Below, in pieces: positions 11,159 through 21,540 of a stretch of DNA of 64,000 nucleotides (position 1 is the first letter of the stretch; the number at the start of each line of letters is the position of its first letter). This DNA is from an uncultured Methanoregulaceae archaeon (lineage in GTDB: Archaea; Halobacteriota; Methanomicrobia; Methanomicrobiales; Methanospirillaceae), in assembly GCA_963841015.1 (NCBI GenBank), contig CAWJAX010000002.1, forward strand, positions 516,347-580,346, given 5' to 3'. The position numbers were made by a program, and so were the translations under genes. The notes under the pieces are model-generated. The model searched no databases, was not told the DNA's origin, and saw nothing but the letters and a program-made list of their open reading frames with translations.

Positions 11159-11915
11159 CAACCTGTCCCTGCCCGTATCAATCCAGCGGGTAAAAAAAGA
11201 GACCTCACTCATCCGAACATTCCTGTTTGACCACTCGTTTGCGTTCTCCCCGGGACAGTTTGTCATGGTCTGGATACCCGGGGTTGATGAAATCCCGATG
11301 GCGTTGTCATCAGAAAATACAATTACTGTTCAGAAAGCAGGGGATGCAACTACCGCCATGTTCGCCCTGGGTGCCGGAGATAAACTGGGAATTCGCGGGC
11401 CGTTCGGCAACGGGTTTACCAAAGGGGAAAAAGTACTGGGAATCGCCGGGGGTGTGGGGGCCGCCCCCCTCCTCCCGCTTGCCCGGGCTGACTGCGTGAT
11501 GACGCTTCTCTTAGGTGCCCGGACCGAGCATGAGCTCCTGTTTGTTGACCAGCTGGATGAGTGCACGGATGTGCTGATTGCGACTGATGACGGAACGCTG
11601 GGGATGAAAGGGTTCGTGACCGCCCTTATGGACGACCTGAACCTTGGTGCGTATGACCGGATTGCGGTCTGCGGTCCTGAAGGAATGATGCGGGCAGTAC
11701 TTACCAAGGTTGAGGAAAAAGGAATTGCCCACAAAACCGAATTCTCGCTGCACCGGTATATGAAATGCGGTGTTGGTGTCTGTGGTTCGTGCTGCATAGA
11801 CCCGTCAGGACTCCGGGTATGCAGGGATGGCCCGGTCTTCTCCGGGGATATGCTCCTAAAAAGCGAATTCGGCCATTATATGCGGGATGCGAGTGGCAGG
11901 AAGAAGACTTTGTGA
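11151..11915 (+). CDS. pyrK: Dihydroorotate dehydrogenase, electron-transfer subunit
   Basis: PGQFVMVW, RGPFGNGF, GGVGAAP, CGP and MKCGVGVCGSC...VCRDGPVF; overlaps pyrD. Confidence 0.95.
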   Translation: MSDNLSLPVSIQRVKKETSLIRTFLFDHSFAFSPGQFVMVWIPGVDEIPMALSSENTITVQKAGDATTAMFALGAGDKLGIRGPFGNGFTKGEKVLGIAGGVGAAPLLPLARADCVMTLLLGARTEHELLFVDQLDECTDVLIATDDGTLGMKGFVTALMDDLNLGAYDRIAVCGPEGMMRAVLTKVEEKGIAHKTEFSLHRYMKCGVGVCGSCCIDPSGLRVCRDGPVFSGDMLLKSEFGHYMRDASGRKKTL

Positions 11916-12099
11916 CAGGGTACCGGAAAAACCGGATTTTGAGAAATACGCCTGGTCAGGGACCCGGCCAGCCATAACCCGAATCAATTGTATACTGTTT
12001 GATTTTTCCAATCGGTGAGCATGGTTACGTGCATTCATGGTTCTCTCCTGCCAAAAAAACACCTCTTTTACCCGAACAGCTGCCTGTGTTTCAGACCAT

Positions 12100-13545
12100 T
12101 CAGGTATACCGGTATCTGCCTTTGGGCACCCTGATTTCGAATCGTGCCCCCGACCCCGGTTCTCCGGTTTCAACGATCGAGAGTTCCGTCATCCTGAGGA
12201 TCTCTGCAGCATAAAATAGTCCGTACCCGGTAATCTGGTCATATTCGTGTCTGAACAATTCCTCTTTTACCTTGTGAGGGACTCCAACGCCGTCATCCTG
12301 GCAGAAAATTGTCAGACCCTCACCACTTTCCTGTGCTGAGAACCTTACGCGGGTTGTTTTTTGTCCATGGCGTATGGTGTTATCCACAATAGCAAAGAAT
12401 ACCCTTCCAAGTAACAGATCTGCATAGATCTCCAGGTTACCTGCGTCCCTGTCAACGCTGATCCCCTTAAGGTCAAAGCTCGCAATTGCATTTGTGATCG
12501 TACTGTCAACATTCTGCCACTGGGGAGGATGTATTCCAATCTCCTGGTACTCCCTGGCAAACCTGATCTGATTCTGGATTATCTGCGTGCTCTGTTCAAT
12601 TCTGCGGAGATGCTCAAGGAGAGCCGGGTCTTTGACCATCTCTTCTGCACGCGAAACATTCATGATGATGGCGGTAATCTGGTTGAAAATATCCCTGCCG
12701 GTGATCGAAGAGAGTGTATTCAGTTTACGGTTTGCAAGCTGGAGGGTTGCTTCAAACCGCTTACGTTCCAGAATTTCTGCTTTGAGCCCATCATTCGCCC
12801 GCGTAAGCTCTTCTGACCGCTCCCGGACTTTTCTCTCTAGATCGTCCCGTGCTTTCTGGATAACCCGCTCTGCAAGCTTACGATCCGTAATATCAACGGC
12901 AGAACAGACTACCCGGTTACCCGGGGAGAGGGATGCAGAAACGAGAAACTGGCGCACCTGCCCCTCCATTGTATGGAGGAGAAGTTCATTATCGCTGATC
13001 TCTGCATTTTTCTGGATCTGGCCAAGAAACCTGTCCCTTTCTCCAGGATTCTGGAATATGCGGCTGAGTTCCTTATCGATCAGGTCATACCGGTTGTATC
13101 CCAGCATCTGCGCACATTTGCTGTTTATCTCAAGGATGCGCTGAGTCGGGAGGGAAAAAGTGAATATTCCTGCCTGGGAATTTTCGAAGATCTCCTGGTA
13201 TTTCCGCTCTTCAGCTTTAAACCCTTCGGCAAACGAAGACGTAATAAAACCAATCGTCACAAAGATAACGAACCATGCGGTGGATATCGCAATGATGGCC
13301 GGGTTAAAACTACTGAAATAATAGACAAGCAGGAGGAAAATTGTGCTGATGGCCAGCGAGAAGGCAACACCCCTGTTCGGATAGAAATTCACAAAGAGGA
13401 TAATGGGGAGGAAGTAGAGAAACGGAAAGACCTCATAAATGCCACGGGTCAGGCAAAAATACGTGGAGTAGATTGCGATAATGATTGATATGATGATCGT
13501 TGCATTCCAGAAGATCTGGTGCCTGATGCTGACTGGAGCGATCAT
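12100..13545 (-). CDS. 4TM-PAS histidine-kinase-like protein (H-box His absent)
   Basis: Four TM helices, PAS, coiled coil, ITGRDIFNQ, and HATPase motifs DNTIRHG, DDGVG, GYGL. Confidence 0.88.
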   Translation of the reverse strand: MIAPVSIRHQIFWNATIIISIIIAIYSTYFCLTRGIYEVFPFLYFLPIILFVNFYPNRGVAFSLAISTIFLLLVYYFSSFNPAIIAISTAWFVIFVTIGFITSSFAEGFKAEERKYQEIFENSQAGIFTFSLPTQRILEINSKCAQMLGYNRYDLIDKELSRIFQNPGERDRFLGQIQKNAEISDNELLLHTMEGQVRQFLVSASLSPGNRVVCSAVDITDRKLAERVIQKARDDLERKVRERSEELTRANDGLKAEILERKRFEATLQLANRKLNTLSSITGRDIFNQITAIIMNVSRAEEMVKDPALLEHLRRIEQSTQIIQNQIRFAREYQEIGIHPPQWQNVDSTITNAIASFDLKGISVDRDAGNLEIYADLLLGRVFFAIVDNTIRHGQKTTRVRFSAQESGEGLTIFCQDDGVGVPHKVKEELFRHEYDQITGYGLFYAAEILRMTELSIVETGEPGSGARFEIRVPKGRYRYT

Positions 13546-14399
13546 GTATCATCCCTTTTTGGCTGCAGGGGATGCCCGTACAGAACCATGCTCTCAAACC
13601 GCCGGCATTCAAGGATCTCTGCCCGCAGTTTCTCGTTCGTCCGTTCAAGGTCTGCGGTACGCTCTCTGACCTGGTGTTCCAGTTCGTTGAGAGTTTTGAT
13701 GATCTCCTCGTCCACAATTTTACTTCGGGTAATGTCAATAGCAGAACAGAGCACATGTCCCTTTGTTACGAGCATGGGGGAGATGACAAACCTTAAAACT
13801 GAACCATCCTGCGCACGAAAGCGTGCTTCCCGTTCGCCATGTTTCCGTACGTGTTTTAATTCCTGATTTACATCGGCGACGAACTGGTTCTGTTCATCCC
13901 TGTCGGTCCAGATGACTGAGATTTCCTTGCCGATAAGATCCTGTTGATTATACTTCAGCCATTGGGCACATTTCGTGTTGATCTCACGAATCCTCAGGTC
14001 CTTAAGGTCAAAACAGAAAATGCCGTCCTGGGAATTGTCAAGGATTTTCCTCACACGGGTCCGTTCTTCACGCAGCCTTATAGCGTAGGATGATGCCACA
14101 ACGCCGATTGTAATAAAGATTGCAAACCATGCCGTGGCAATAGCGATCAGGGTCGGATCTGAATTGCCTAAAAGGTAAATCAGGCTGATATACATCAGTC
14201 CTAATCCCAATGAGAAGAGAACTCCCCGTTCCGGGTAAAAATAGACAACAAGGATGATCGGCAGGATGAAGTGGAGAGGGAAAACATAAAAAATGCCGTT
14301 CAGGAGAGAAAAAATAGTAGTGAGGACGGCACCTATGGTTGCTGCAATGACAATGAAAAGTCGCAGCACTTCCCTGTTTTCTACCGATAAATGCTCCAC
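13542..14399 (-). CDS. 4TM-PAS sensor protein without a kinase domain (paralogue of the downstream gene's N-terminus)
   Basis: Shares LPIIL..FYP.RGV.FSL, AWF.IF.TIG, NSQ.GIF, EIN.KCAQ and CSA.DIT motifs; ATGA overlap with the next gene. Confidence 0.85.
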   Translation of the reverse strand: MEHLSVENREVLRLFIVIAATIGAVLTTIFSLLNGIFYVFPLHFILPIILVVYFYPERGVLFSLGLGLMYISLIYLLGNSDPTLIAIATAWFAIFITIGVVASSYAIRLREERTRVRKILDNSQDGIFCFDLKDLRIREINTKCAQWLKYNQQDLIGKEISVIWTDRDEQNQFVADVNQELKHVRKHGEREARFRAQDGSVLRFVISPMLVTKGHVLCSAIDITRSKIVDEEIIKTLNELEHQVRERTADLERTNEKLRAEILECRRFESMVLYGHPLQPKRDDT

Positions 14400-14550
14400 T
14401 GACGGTCCCCTGCCGAATTCCCAGCCTGACGAATGGTGGAATCTGGTATAGTAACAGTTATAGATCTCATTCCATATATTTATATAAGCTGTGGTAAGTT
14501 GCTACAAAAGCTCAAAATTGCTTATAAGATTTTTCAAAAAGGATATGATT

Positions 14551-15150
14551 TCATAATTCCGGGTCCCGGGTGTTGATTCGTTCAAGGTCTTCCAGCTTGT
14601 TGATGTTGGTAAATGTTTTGAGAGATGGGTCGAGAATCTTTAACTCATCAACGGAGACGTACCGGGTAGAAAGACTCCTGACCATTGCGCGGAGCGATAG
14701 CGAATCATGACTTTCAAGGTAGGTGAGGAGGGCTGTTCTCCTGTAGACGGCATGCAGGGGTTCGAGCATATCGGGATTCCATCGGGGTATAACCGCATCA
14801 TAGTTGTCAATACTGTCGAACAAGTGCGCGATTACCGCCGGATTTATGCAGGGCATGTCACAGGCAGAGACGAAGATGAACTCTCCCTGTGCTGCAAGGG
14901 AGCCGGCATGAAGTCCCCCGATAGGACCGATGCCCCCGCGGATGTCGGTAATGCATCGTATTCCCTGGATCCTCTGGAACCGTCTGCATTGTTCAGGGTT
15001 CTTTGCAACAAGGATAATTTCATCGACCACTTCTTCGAGAGAATCAACCAGGCGTTCGATAAACGTCCTGCCCTGGTACATGAAAAAATACTTTTCCTGC
15101 CCGTTTGCACGCCGTGCCTCACCCCCAACCAGTACGACTGCCGATCTCAC
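14551..15150 (-). CDS. mobA: Molybdenum cofactor guanylyltransferase
   Basis: VLVGGEARR, GPIGGL, ACDMP, EPLHAVY, FTNIN. Confidence 0.92.
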   Translation of the reverse strand: MRSAVVLVGGEARRANGQEKYFFMYQGRTFIERLVDSLEEVVDEIILVAKNPEQCRRFQRIQGIRCITDIRGGIGPIGGLHAGSLAAQGEFIFVSACDMPCINPAVIAHLFDSIDNYDAVIPRWNPDMLEPLHAVYRRTALLTYLESHDSLSLRAMVRSLSTRYVSVDELKILDPSLKTFTNINKLEDLERINTRDPEL

Positions 15151-15240
15151 TGCTGTGCTCCATTCATACCTATGTCACCAGTACTGCTCCATTGTGGGAA
15201 GGAAAACCCTTGAGAGGTATCGGCCTGTGTGCAGGTTTTG

Positions 15241-15750
15241 TCATTTCTCCACCTTTCTTAATCCTTTCTTTTCCATAGCAAGCAATGCCTCCTTGATATC
15301 GATGGATGGAGAGAATCCTCCGATATCATGAGCTGCCAGGATACGGTGGCAGGGAATGACAAGGGGTGTGGGATTGCGTGCCATTGCCTGCCCGACTACG
15401 CGGGGGGATGTCCCGACCCTTTCTGCAATCTCGCCGTAGGTTGATGTGGACCCATAGGGTACCTGTTGAACCGCGCGGTATATCCTTCCGTAGACAGTAT
15501 CGTCATGTATGGCGATACTGTCAAGCGGTAACAGACTAATAACCTGCCCGGAGCAGTATTGCCGCAGCAGACCAGGCACTTCCCCCGGTACAGCTGTTTT
15601 GGCAAACCTGACCCGGTGAACGGTCGTCCCGCTCCACCATACGTGGACGAACCAAAGCCCGAACCGGCATGCACCTCCTACGATTTCCACCGTAAAATCA
15701 TCTCCCGGAACCGTGCCGCATCGCACGCGATCATCTCTTTCTGGATCCAT
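15241..15750 (-). CDS. ogt: Methylated-DNA-protein-cysteine methyltransferase
   Basis: VPYGSTSTYGEIA, PRVVGQA and the active-site IPCHR motif. Confidence 0.92.
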   Translation of the reverse strand: MDPERDDRVRCGTVPGDDFTVEIVGGACRFGLWFVHVWWSGTTVHRVRFAKTAVPGEVPGLLRQYCSGQVISLLPLDSIAIHDDTVYGRIYRAVQQVPYGSTSTYGEIAERVGTSPRVVGQAMARNPTPLVIPCHRILAAHDIGGFSPSIDIKEALLAMEKKGLRKVEK

Positions 15751-17687
15751 ACAGGGAGTGCATTGTAAATCCGTTTTTCAAGGAACCGTTTCTCTCCCAG
15801 CACAAGTACACCCCGGTCTTCCGGAGTGCGCAGCACTCTCCCCAGTGCCTGGAGTGAACGATTGATCGCAGGCAGCGTGTAACAGAGAAATTCACCTTCC
15901 TCCCCGAACTTGTGCCTGAAATATTCGATCATCATCTTGCGCACACGGTTGAAGGGGGCAAGTGGCAGCCCGATTACCATTGCACCATTCAGCATTTCAC
16001 CCCGATAATCAAGGCCTTCACTCCATTTTCCGCCACAGACTGCAAATAAGACCCCCGACTCACCGTTTGCAGGCAGTGAAAGGAAGGTCGAGAGTGCTGC
16101 CCCTGCATCGGCTGCATCCCGTGGCTCGATAAAGACCTTTCTTCCCCGCATATGGGGGACAGTGAGACCTGCATAAGTATCGAGAATCTGGTAACTTGGA
16201 AAATAAATCGCACGGTTCCCTTTCAGTGAACAGAATGCCTGGATGTAATCCCCGATCCGTGTATTGTTCTCCCTGTTCTGCCGCATTGAAAATGCGGTCG
16301 TTATGTCGTTTGCACAACAGACCAGACGGTTTTCTTTCGGGAACGCGTTGGGCAGGGTCAGTGTTTTTACCCTGGTGTCTCCGAAGTAATAACGGGCGAA
16401 ACTGTCAACGGGTGAAAGAGTACCCGAGATAAGGATGCAGCAGGCATGTGCAGCGCAGATTTCCTGCAGCGGTACAGCTGGATCGATATTGCGCACTTCA
16501 AGAGTGATGCCGTCCGCTTCTTTCCGGTATATTGTGAGAAAGGCAGGATCTGTTGCTGACTGCGAGAGCCGGAATAAAAATTCTGTCAGCCTTTCAATCG
16601 CCGTTTCCCGATACTCCGCCGCTTTCAGGTTCTTTTCCCGTATGGACACCGCAAGCCCTATCAGATCATCAACGATCTCCTCCATGTTCTTATAGAGGGA
16701 TTCCCGTACTACCATGCGGTCAAAGATGGAAGGATCGAACCAGTCCTCGACCTCCCCGGAGTTACCCAGCCCACGGATAAATTCAGTGAGCCTGGGCAGG
16801 ACATGCTGGACCGCATCTGCACCTTTGTGGCGTTTGCGCATACCGGAGAGCTCCCTTGATGCCTGCTCGAGATCGCGTTCTTCCAGTGTCACGCTCTCGA
16901 TACTGGTTATAACGTCACCACAGTTGTGCGCCTCATCAATCAGGAGTAAAATGTCATGGGGTTCCACACCAAGGCTGGCGTAGAGTTGCTCCCGGATGTC
17001 CCGGTTAAAAAGATGGTGATAGTTAAGGATGATAACATCGGTATTCCTGGCGGCGTGCATCATTAACTCGTAGGGGCAGACCTCCCCGCAAAATTCCCGA
17101 AGGTCCCGGGGGCTGACCGGGTGGTCTATCACCCTGTCGGCTTTGGTGCGCAGTGCGGTCGAGGGCACCATCTTGACACCAACGGTATCCCCCTGCACGA
17201 ACATCTTACTGTTGATATAATAGGGACAGATGAGCGGATGGTCCCTGTCCATGCGCCGTATTTGCTGGGTAATGAAGGGATCTTTTGAGGGTATGAGTGC
17301 CCCTCTCTCCGCCCGATCCCGCATGAGCGATGAAGAAAATGCCTTCACTCCCTCGCACCTGCGGTATACATCTCCCTCCCCCCCAAGGGGACACATACTT
17401 GCCTTCCCTATAAGATACACGGTTTTGAGTTTTGGTTGTTTTTTCTTTACCAGTTCAAGCTCGCGGATAAAGGTGGTGAGCTGGCTCACCGTGCGCACTG
17501 CGATTACAACCTTCCTTCCTTTCCGTTCAGCAAGAAGGGAAGCGACAACACTCGACTTTCCACTACCGGTCGGGGCATCGATCAGGGTGATCCCGCCCCC
17601 CCGGGCACACTGTGCCGCTACCTCAAGCATGTGGCGCTGGCCCGGGCGATAGTCCGCATACGGGAAATAGGAGTCGATGGTGTCCAT
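15678..17687 (-). CDS. XPD/Rad3/DinG-family ATP-dependent DNA helicase
   Basis: YRPGQ, APTGSGKS, DEAHN, SGTL, SEGLDY, QALGRVLR and Fe-S-type cysteines. Likely start MDTIDSY at 17687; the ORF extension upstream runs into a repeat. Confidence 0.92.
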   Translation of the reverse strand: MDTIDSYFPYADYRPGQRHMLEVAAQCARGGGITLIDAPTGSGKSSVVASLLAERKGRKVVIAVRTVSQLTTFIRELELVKKKQPKLKTVYLIGKASMCPLGGEGDVYRRCEGVKAFSSSLMRDRAERGALIPSKDPFITQQIRRMDRDHPLICPYYINSKMFVQGDTVGVKMVPSTALRTKADRVIDHPVSPRDLREFCGEVCPYELMMHAARNTDVIILNYHHLFNRDIREQLYASLGVEPHDILLLIDEAHNCGDVITSIESVTLEERDLEQASRELSGMRKRHKGADAVQHVLPRLTEFIRGLGNSGEVEDWFDPSIFDRMVVRESLYKNMEEIVDDLIGLAVSIREKNLKAAEYRETAIERLTEFLFRLSQSATDPAFLTIYRKEADGITLEVRNIDPAVPLQEICAAHACCILISGTLSPVDSFARYYFGDTRVKTLTLPNAFPKENRLVCCANDITTAFSMRQNRENNTRIGDYIQAFCSLKGNRAIYFPSYQILDTYAGLTVPHMRGRKVFIEPRDAADAGAALSTFLSLPANGESGVLFAVCGGKWSEGLDYRGEMLNGAMVIGLPLAPFNRVRKMMIEYFRHKFGEEGEFLCYTLPAINRSLQALGRVLRTPEDRGVLVLGEKRFLEKRIYNALPVWIQKEMIACDAARFREMILRWKS

Positions 17688-17744
17688 TGACCTATGGTTG
17701 GTGCTGAAGGGTTTTATGGGCGTCGGAAGAGTTGCGTCATGTTT

Positions 17745-18169
17745 GGCTTTTTTAGAATTTCTTGTGCTATGATACGATATACGAAGCACCGGTACGTTGC
17801 CGTAGGGGACAGTACCAGTCCCCCCATATCGCTCCTGCGCTTATCGATGATAATGTATTATCTGGTGGAGTAAATCGCATGTGAGGGGAGTCCCCTCGGC
17901 GGAAAAAAGCCGTTAGCGTTCAGATAGTGATTGAGTCATGAAAATTGAATTATTCAATAATCGAGATTTTTTTTTCATACTCCTCCATGCACGACGTTCG
18001 CCGCCGCCCCGCAAACGGTCGTCCCCGCGGCGGATCTGGAACAAACAATTCAAAAAAATCCTGCCCGCCATGCCTCGGAGAGGCCCTGAATCTGGGTTCC
18101 ACTGTATACATTACGATTTTCATGGTTCTGGAGTGAACCACATAGATTCATGTCTGTTTCAACAGTGAC
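17745..18169 (-). mobile_element. Modular MITE copy (B plus A)
   Basis: Ends GGCTTTTTTAGAATTTC and GTTTCAACAGTGAC; flanks TCATGTTT and TCATCCTT (6/8 TSD match); contains the GCCTC-GGA-GAGGC hairpin. Confidence 0.8.
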
Positions 18170-18344
18170 TCATCCTTTTAAAAAGTCACATCAGACAGAT
18201 TTTTCAGGGTACCGCCTCTCAGTAAAAAATTTCAGGAGGATTCAGAATTATTCCGAAACATTCAATCGATCCGCAAGCCCAGCAGAGATTACCGAATATG
18301 CACCGCAGTCCATGGGTGCGTATGCGACCAAGGAGATTCAACAT

Positions 18345-18927
18345 ATGATCGACAAGCTGCTCAAGGGAAATGAAACGTTCCGAAACACGACATTTAAGGA
18401 TCACAAGGAGCTGTACAGCGAACTGGTAAAAGGCCAGCAGCCCCCGGTCCTCTGGATCGGATGCTCTGATTCCCGGCTCCAGACCGGGCACATCACCGGT
18501 ACGCAGGCAGGCACCCTGTTCATGCACCGCAACATCGGGAATATGGCTCCGGCAAATGACTGGAGCCTTGCAACGGTCCTCGAGTATGGGATCAAGCACC
18601 TGAAAGTGCAGCATATCGTTATCTGCGGCCATTCCGATTGTGGTGCCATGAAGGCACTTGACAAGGAGCTGGAAGATTTCTATGTTCCCAACTGGCTCAA
18701 TAACGCGATTGAGGCAAAAAAGCGTGTGGACGCCCGGATCAAAAAACCTTCAACTCCGCATGAGCAGAAGGAACGATCACGGATGATCGAGCAGGAGAAT
18801 GTCCGGCTCCAGATAGAACACCTGAGTACCTATCCGATTGTTGCAAAAGCGGAAAAGGAAAAGAAGATTCAGATCCACGGCATGTATTACGATCTTGAGA
18901 ACCGGTGCCCTGACAAAAATTGTGTGA
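18345..18927 (+). CDS. Beta-class carbonic anhydrase (1-nt frameshift near the C-terminus)
   Basis: Zn-ligand motifs GCSDSR, RNIGN, ICGHSDCGAM. Removing one A near 18900 gives YYDLETGALTKIV followed by a stop. Confidence 0.92.
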
Positions 18928-19266
18928 CTATAATTCTTTTTCAATTTCCTTTTTTATCCGGTCCAGTGATATCCGCCCGATTCGGGTAACGCGTCCGTTC
19001 ACAAGGATTATGGGGAGTGGGGGAAAATCGGTTTCAATTATTTTCTGAAGGTAGTCGGGGGCACCATTATCGATGAGAGTGAGTTTTAGTTGAACGCGAT
19101 CACCATATTCCCTGGTGAGGACGTTCTTCAATTCGTCAAATGCTGCAACGAGATTTCCCGTAGGGGAGCATCCCGAGAGCCCGCAGGTGCGGTTCTCATC
19201 ACAGGGAAAGGGACTACATTCAGCGTTTTTCAGGCCGACAATTTCAACCAGTACGATACCTGTCAT
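18928..19266 (-). CDS. Small thioredoxin-fold-like protein with a 4-Cys insertion
   Basis: VEIVG...CSPFPCDENRTCGLSGC...PLPIILVNG...IKKEIEKEL. Confidence 0.7.
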   Translation of the reverse strand: MTGIVLVEIVGLKNAECSPFPCDENRTCGLSGCSPTGNLVAAFDELKNVLTREYGDRVQLKLTLIDNGAPDYLQKIIETDFPPLPIILVNGRVTRIGRISLDRIKKEIEKEL

Positions 19267-19349
19267 GGCTGTACCTGTTGGTTGAAACCGCTATATGAGA
19301 GTTCGTCATTGAGCACTCGATCAGAGCAGGAATAGAGAAATGGATGGCA

Positions 19350-19552
19350 TGAAAATTTTTTTTAAAAAAAACTTGAACACTCACAGGACTTCACCCATGA
19401 CGCTGTGACTTCCCCGAATGAGATAATCCCAGAACAGGTACTACGCCATCATCGCTCAGCGCAGGGGCGTCTGGGGGGACAGGCACTGTCCTCTCCTTCT
19501 TCTTACCCGTTCTTTGTATTTCATATGTCGATGGAAATAATTCTCCAGAGCC
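19350..19552 (+). mobile_element. Modular MITE copy (B)
   Basis: CATCATCGCTCAGCGCAGGGGC, GGGGACAGGCACTGTCC hairpin, right TIR AATTCTCCAGAGCC. Left end degenerate. Confidence 0.75.
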
Positions 19553-19604
19553 CTTATTTTATCTTCTGATAAAAGGAATTCTCCCGAATAAAAATGAACA
19601 TATA

Positions 19605-20120
19605 TCAGATAAAGCGTTCGAACCGCTCTTTTTTGACTTTGCAGATGGGGCAGATTCCCGGAGGCTGTTCGCGGGCGCAGAGATACCCGCAGACAGTACA
19701 ACGCCAGACCGGTATTGACAGGGCTGGAACAGGGCCTGTTGAAAGTGGAGGCACAGCGTTCTTTTTACCGCGGTCGGATCGTGGGGGACGACGCTCAGGA
19801 ACCGGGTCTGCGTGTGTTTTTCCTCCTGAGATATCTTCGTTGACGTAGAGTGCACAGTAACAGGCACCAAAATCATCGATATCAGGATCCCGGTAGTTGC
19901 AGGGGCAGATTATATCAAGGTCTTCTTCCTTTTTTCCCGAGGCGAGACGGCACGGGCAGGCACGGTACCCATAACGCTGCTCATTTTTCAGGAGTCCCCG
20001 TACAAGATTTTTTGTGAAACCAACATCGGGGTTCAGAAAATATCCCCCGCTCTCTGCCTCTTTTTTAATAGTCAGATAAACCCGGTCGACCTCTTTTTCA
20101 TCAGAACCCGGTGCGGTCAT
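19605..20120 (-). CDS. Ferredoxin:thioredoxin reductase catalytic domain fused to a rubredoxin-like domain (FDR-like)
   Basis: CPC, CPC and CYC motifs plus C-terminal WRCTVCGY...CPIC. Confidence 0.92.
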   Translation of the reverse strand: MTAPGSDEKEVDRVYLTIKKEAESGGYFLNPDVGFTKNLVRGLLKNEQRYGYRACPCRLASGKKEEDLDIICPCNYRDPDIDDFGACYCALYVNEDISGGKTHADPVPERRPPRSDRGKKNAVPPLSTGPVPALSIPVWRCTVCGYLCAREQPPGICPICKVKKERFERFI

Positions 20121-20398
20121 ATTTTCAAAGCCTCCCGGATCTCTTCTTCGCGGAATCCAACAATACCAATGGTATCTCTGATTACCAGCGTCGGGAACGA
20201 TCCTTTCGGGTTCCATTTCTCCACCTCATTCATGGCATCATCCTGCTCTTTTCCCTCGAGGAGATCAACAAAGGTATAGTCAAAATCTACTCCCAGTGTC
20301 CGTAACAGTTCTTTTGTCCTGGCACACCACCCGCAGGTACTCAGGGCATACAACATAACTTTACCCATCTTTTTCCCGTTCACATGTTCGACAACCAT
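20117..20398 (-). CDS. Glutaredoxin-like (NrdH-type) redoxin
   Basis: YALSTCGWC and SFPTLVI...VGF; ATGA overlap with the FTR-like gene. Confidence 0.9.
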   Translation of the reverse strand: MVVEHVNGKKMGKVMLYALSTCGWCARTKELLRTLGVDFDYTFVDLLEGKEQDDAMNEVEKWNPKGSFPTLVIRDTIGIVGFREEEIREALKI

Positions 20399-20494
20399 AA
20401 AAAACATCCGCTATTCTGTGCATGGAGATTGCTGTAAATACTATTTAAAAATGGGGTTGCGATACGGAACGGTATCCGGGAGGCAATATTTGTC

Positions 20495-20753
20495 AAAAGA
20501 CCCCAAGAGCGTTAAGTGAGTTTTCTGATAATTTCCCATGAAAATCGCAGTATTCAGTTTTGATGGTGGAACTGTTACCAATCTATTCATCGGATAGGAT
20601 GAATGCCGCGTTCTCTGCGGTGGATCGTGGATGCTTCCAAAACTCACTGTCCCCCGTGCTCTGAGAGGCCCTGAAGCTGGGTCTTTCGTATAAAATGCGA
20701 TTTTCAAGGATCCTCTGCGAACTGAATCAATTCATGACTGTTTCTTCAGATCC
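20495..20753 (-). mobile_element. Degenerate modular MITE copy (B remnant plus A)
   Basis: TTTCCCATGAAAATC junction, GGATGAATGCCGC, GAGAGGCCCTGAAGC...TTCGTATAAAAT, end GTTTCTTCAGATCC; colinear with 28840-29148. Confidence 0.65.
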
Positions 20754-20827
20754 GTATGTTCAGCTTCCAAATGAAATGAAAAAAGACTTAACTGGTATAA
20801 GCACGTGAAAAAGGATGAAGAATCATA

Positions 20828-21325
20828 TCAGCGATTCTTCATCATCACCGTGATATCTTCAAGGAGTGCCTGTAAATCTTCCTCGTGCTCGACTTCCATC
20901 TGGAGAATCCCAAGAATAATGTTATAGGTGACCGGGTCTTTATCACGAGTCTTTTTTAAGAGGCTGTTGTAGCTCTTTATGGCGCATTGTTCGCCTTTGA
21001 TATTCTGTTCGAGCACCTTTATCACATAAGGGTCATCCGGTGCATCGTACCCGCAGTTGGTGAGTTTGTACCAATCCTGCGGTTTTGTGACCGGTGTCCC
21101 GCCCAGCTGGATAATCCGCGTGGTGAGCAGGACTGCATGCCCGAGTTCCTCGGTTGCATGGAGTGTGAGCTCGGCAATGACTGCCTCCTTGTTGGGTCCG
21201 CGGACAATCTTGGATCCAATCCAGTACTGGTAGTACGCGAGCCATTCATCAGAAAATGCCTTGTTGAGGAGCTTTACCAGATCCTCAACATTGGTATCAA
21301 CAATCTTTCTCCCTAATGTTCCCAT
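20828..21325 (-). CDS. Ferritin-like (DPS-like/bacterioferritin-related) protein
   Basis: LNKAFSDEWLAYYQY, HATEELGHA...RIIQLGG, GEQCAI, EVEHEEDL di-iron motifs. Confidence 0.9.
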   Translation of the reverse strand: MGTLGRKIVDTNVEDLVKLLNKAFSDEWLAYYQYWIGSKIVRGPNKEAVIAELTLHATEELGHAVLLTTRIIQLGGTPVTKPQDWYKLTNCGYDAPDDPYVIKVLEQNIKGEQCAIKSYNSLLKKTRDKDPVTYNIILGILQMEVEHEEDLQALLEDITVMMKNR

Positions 21326-21540
21326 GGTTTTCACCCTCAAGTGAGTCTTAGAGACAGTTGAATATCGATAGTTATCCTTTTTATGCATATCCGTCCGGTG
21401 CTTTTTTGGACTCCGTCGCGTACTGCTCCAGGTTCCCGAATCCGTTATGAGAACAGTGGAATGTCCGACAGTCCGTGTACCAAAATAAAAGGCATTGCAC
21501 TATCGTTAAGAACTATTCAGGCACACTATATTGGGAAATC

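Noticed and set aside
10508-11266. Long antisense ORFs (this 252-aa ORF, 32155-32811, 41158-41757 and others)
   Set aside because: They are shadows of well-supported genes on the opposite strand and have no recognisable motifs.
18150-18344. N-terminal extension of carbonic anhydrase, and the similar extension of the helicase to 17789
   Set aside because: Both extensions start inside MITE ends. The family-like sequence begins at 18345 (after GGAG) and 17687 respectively.
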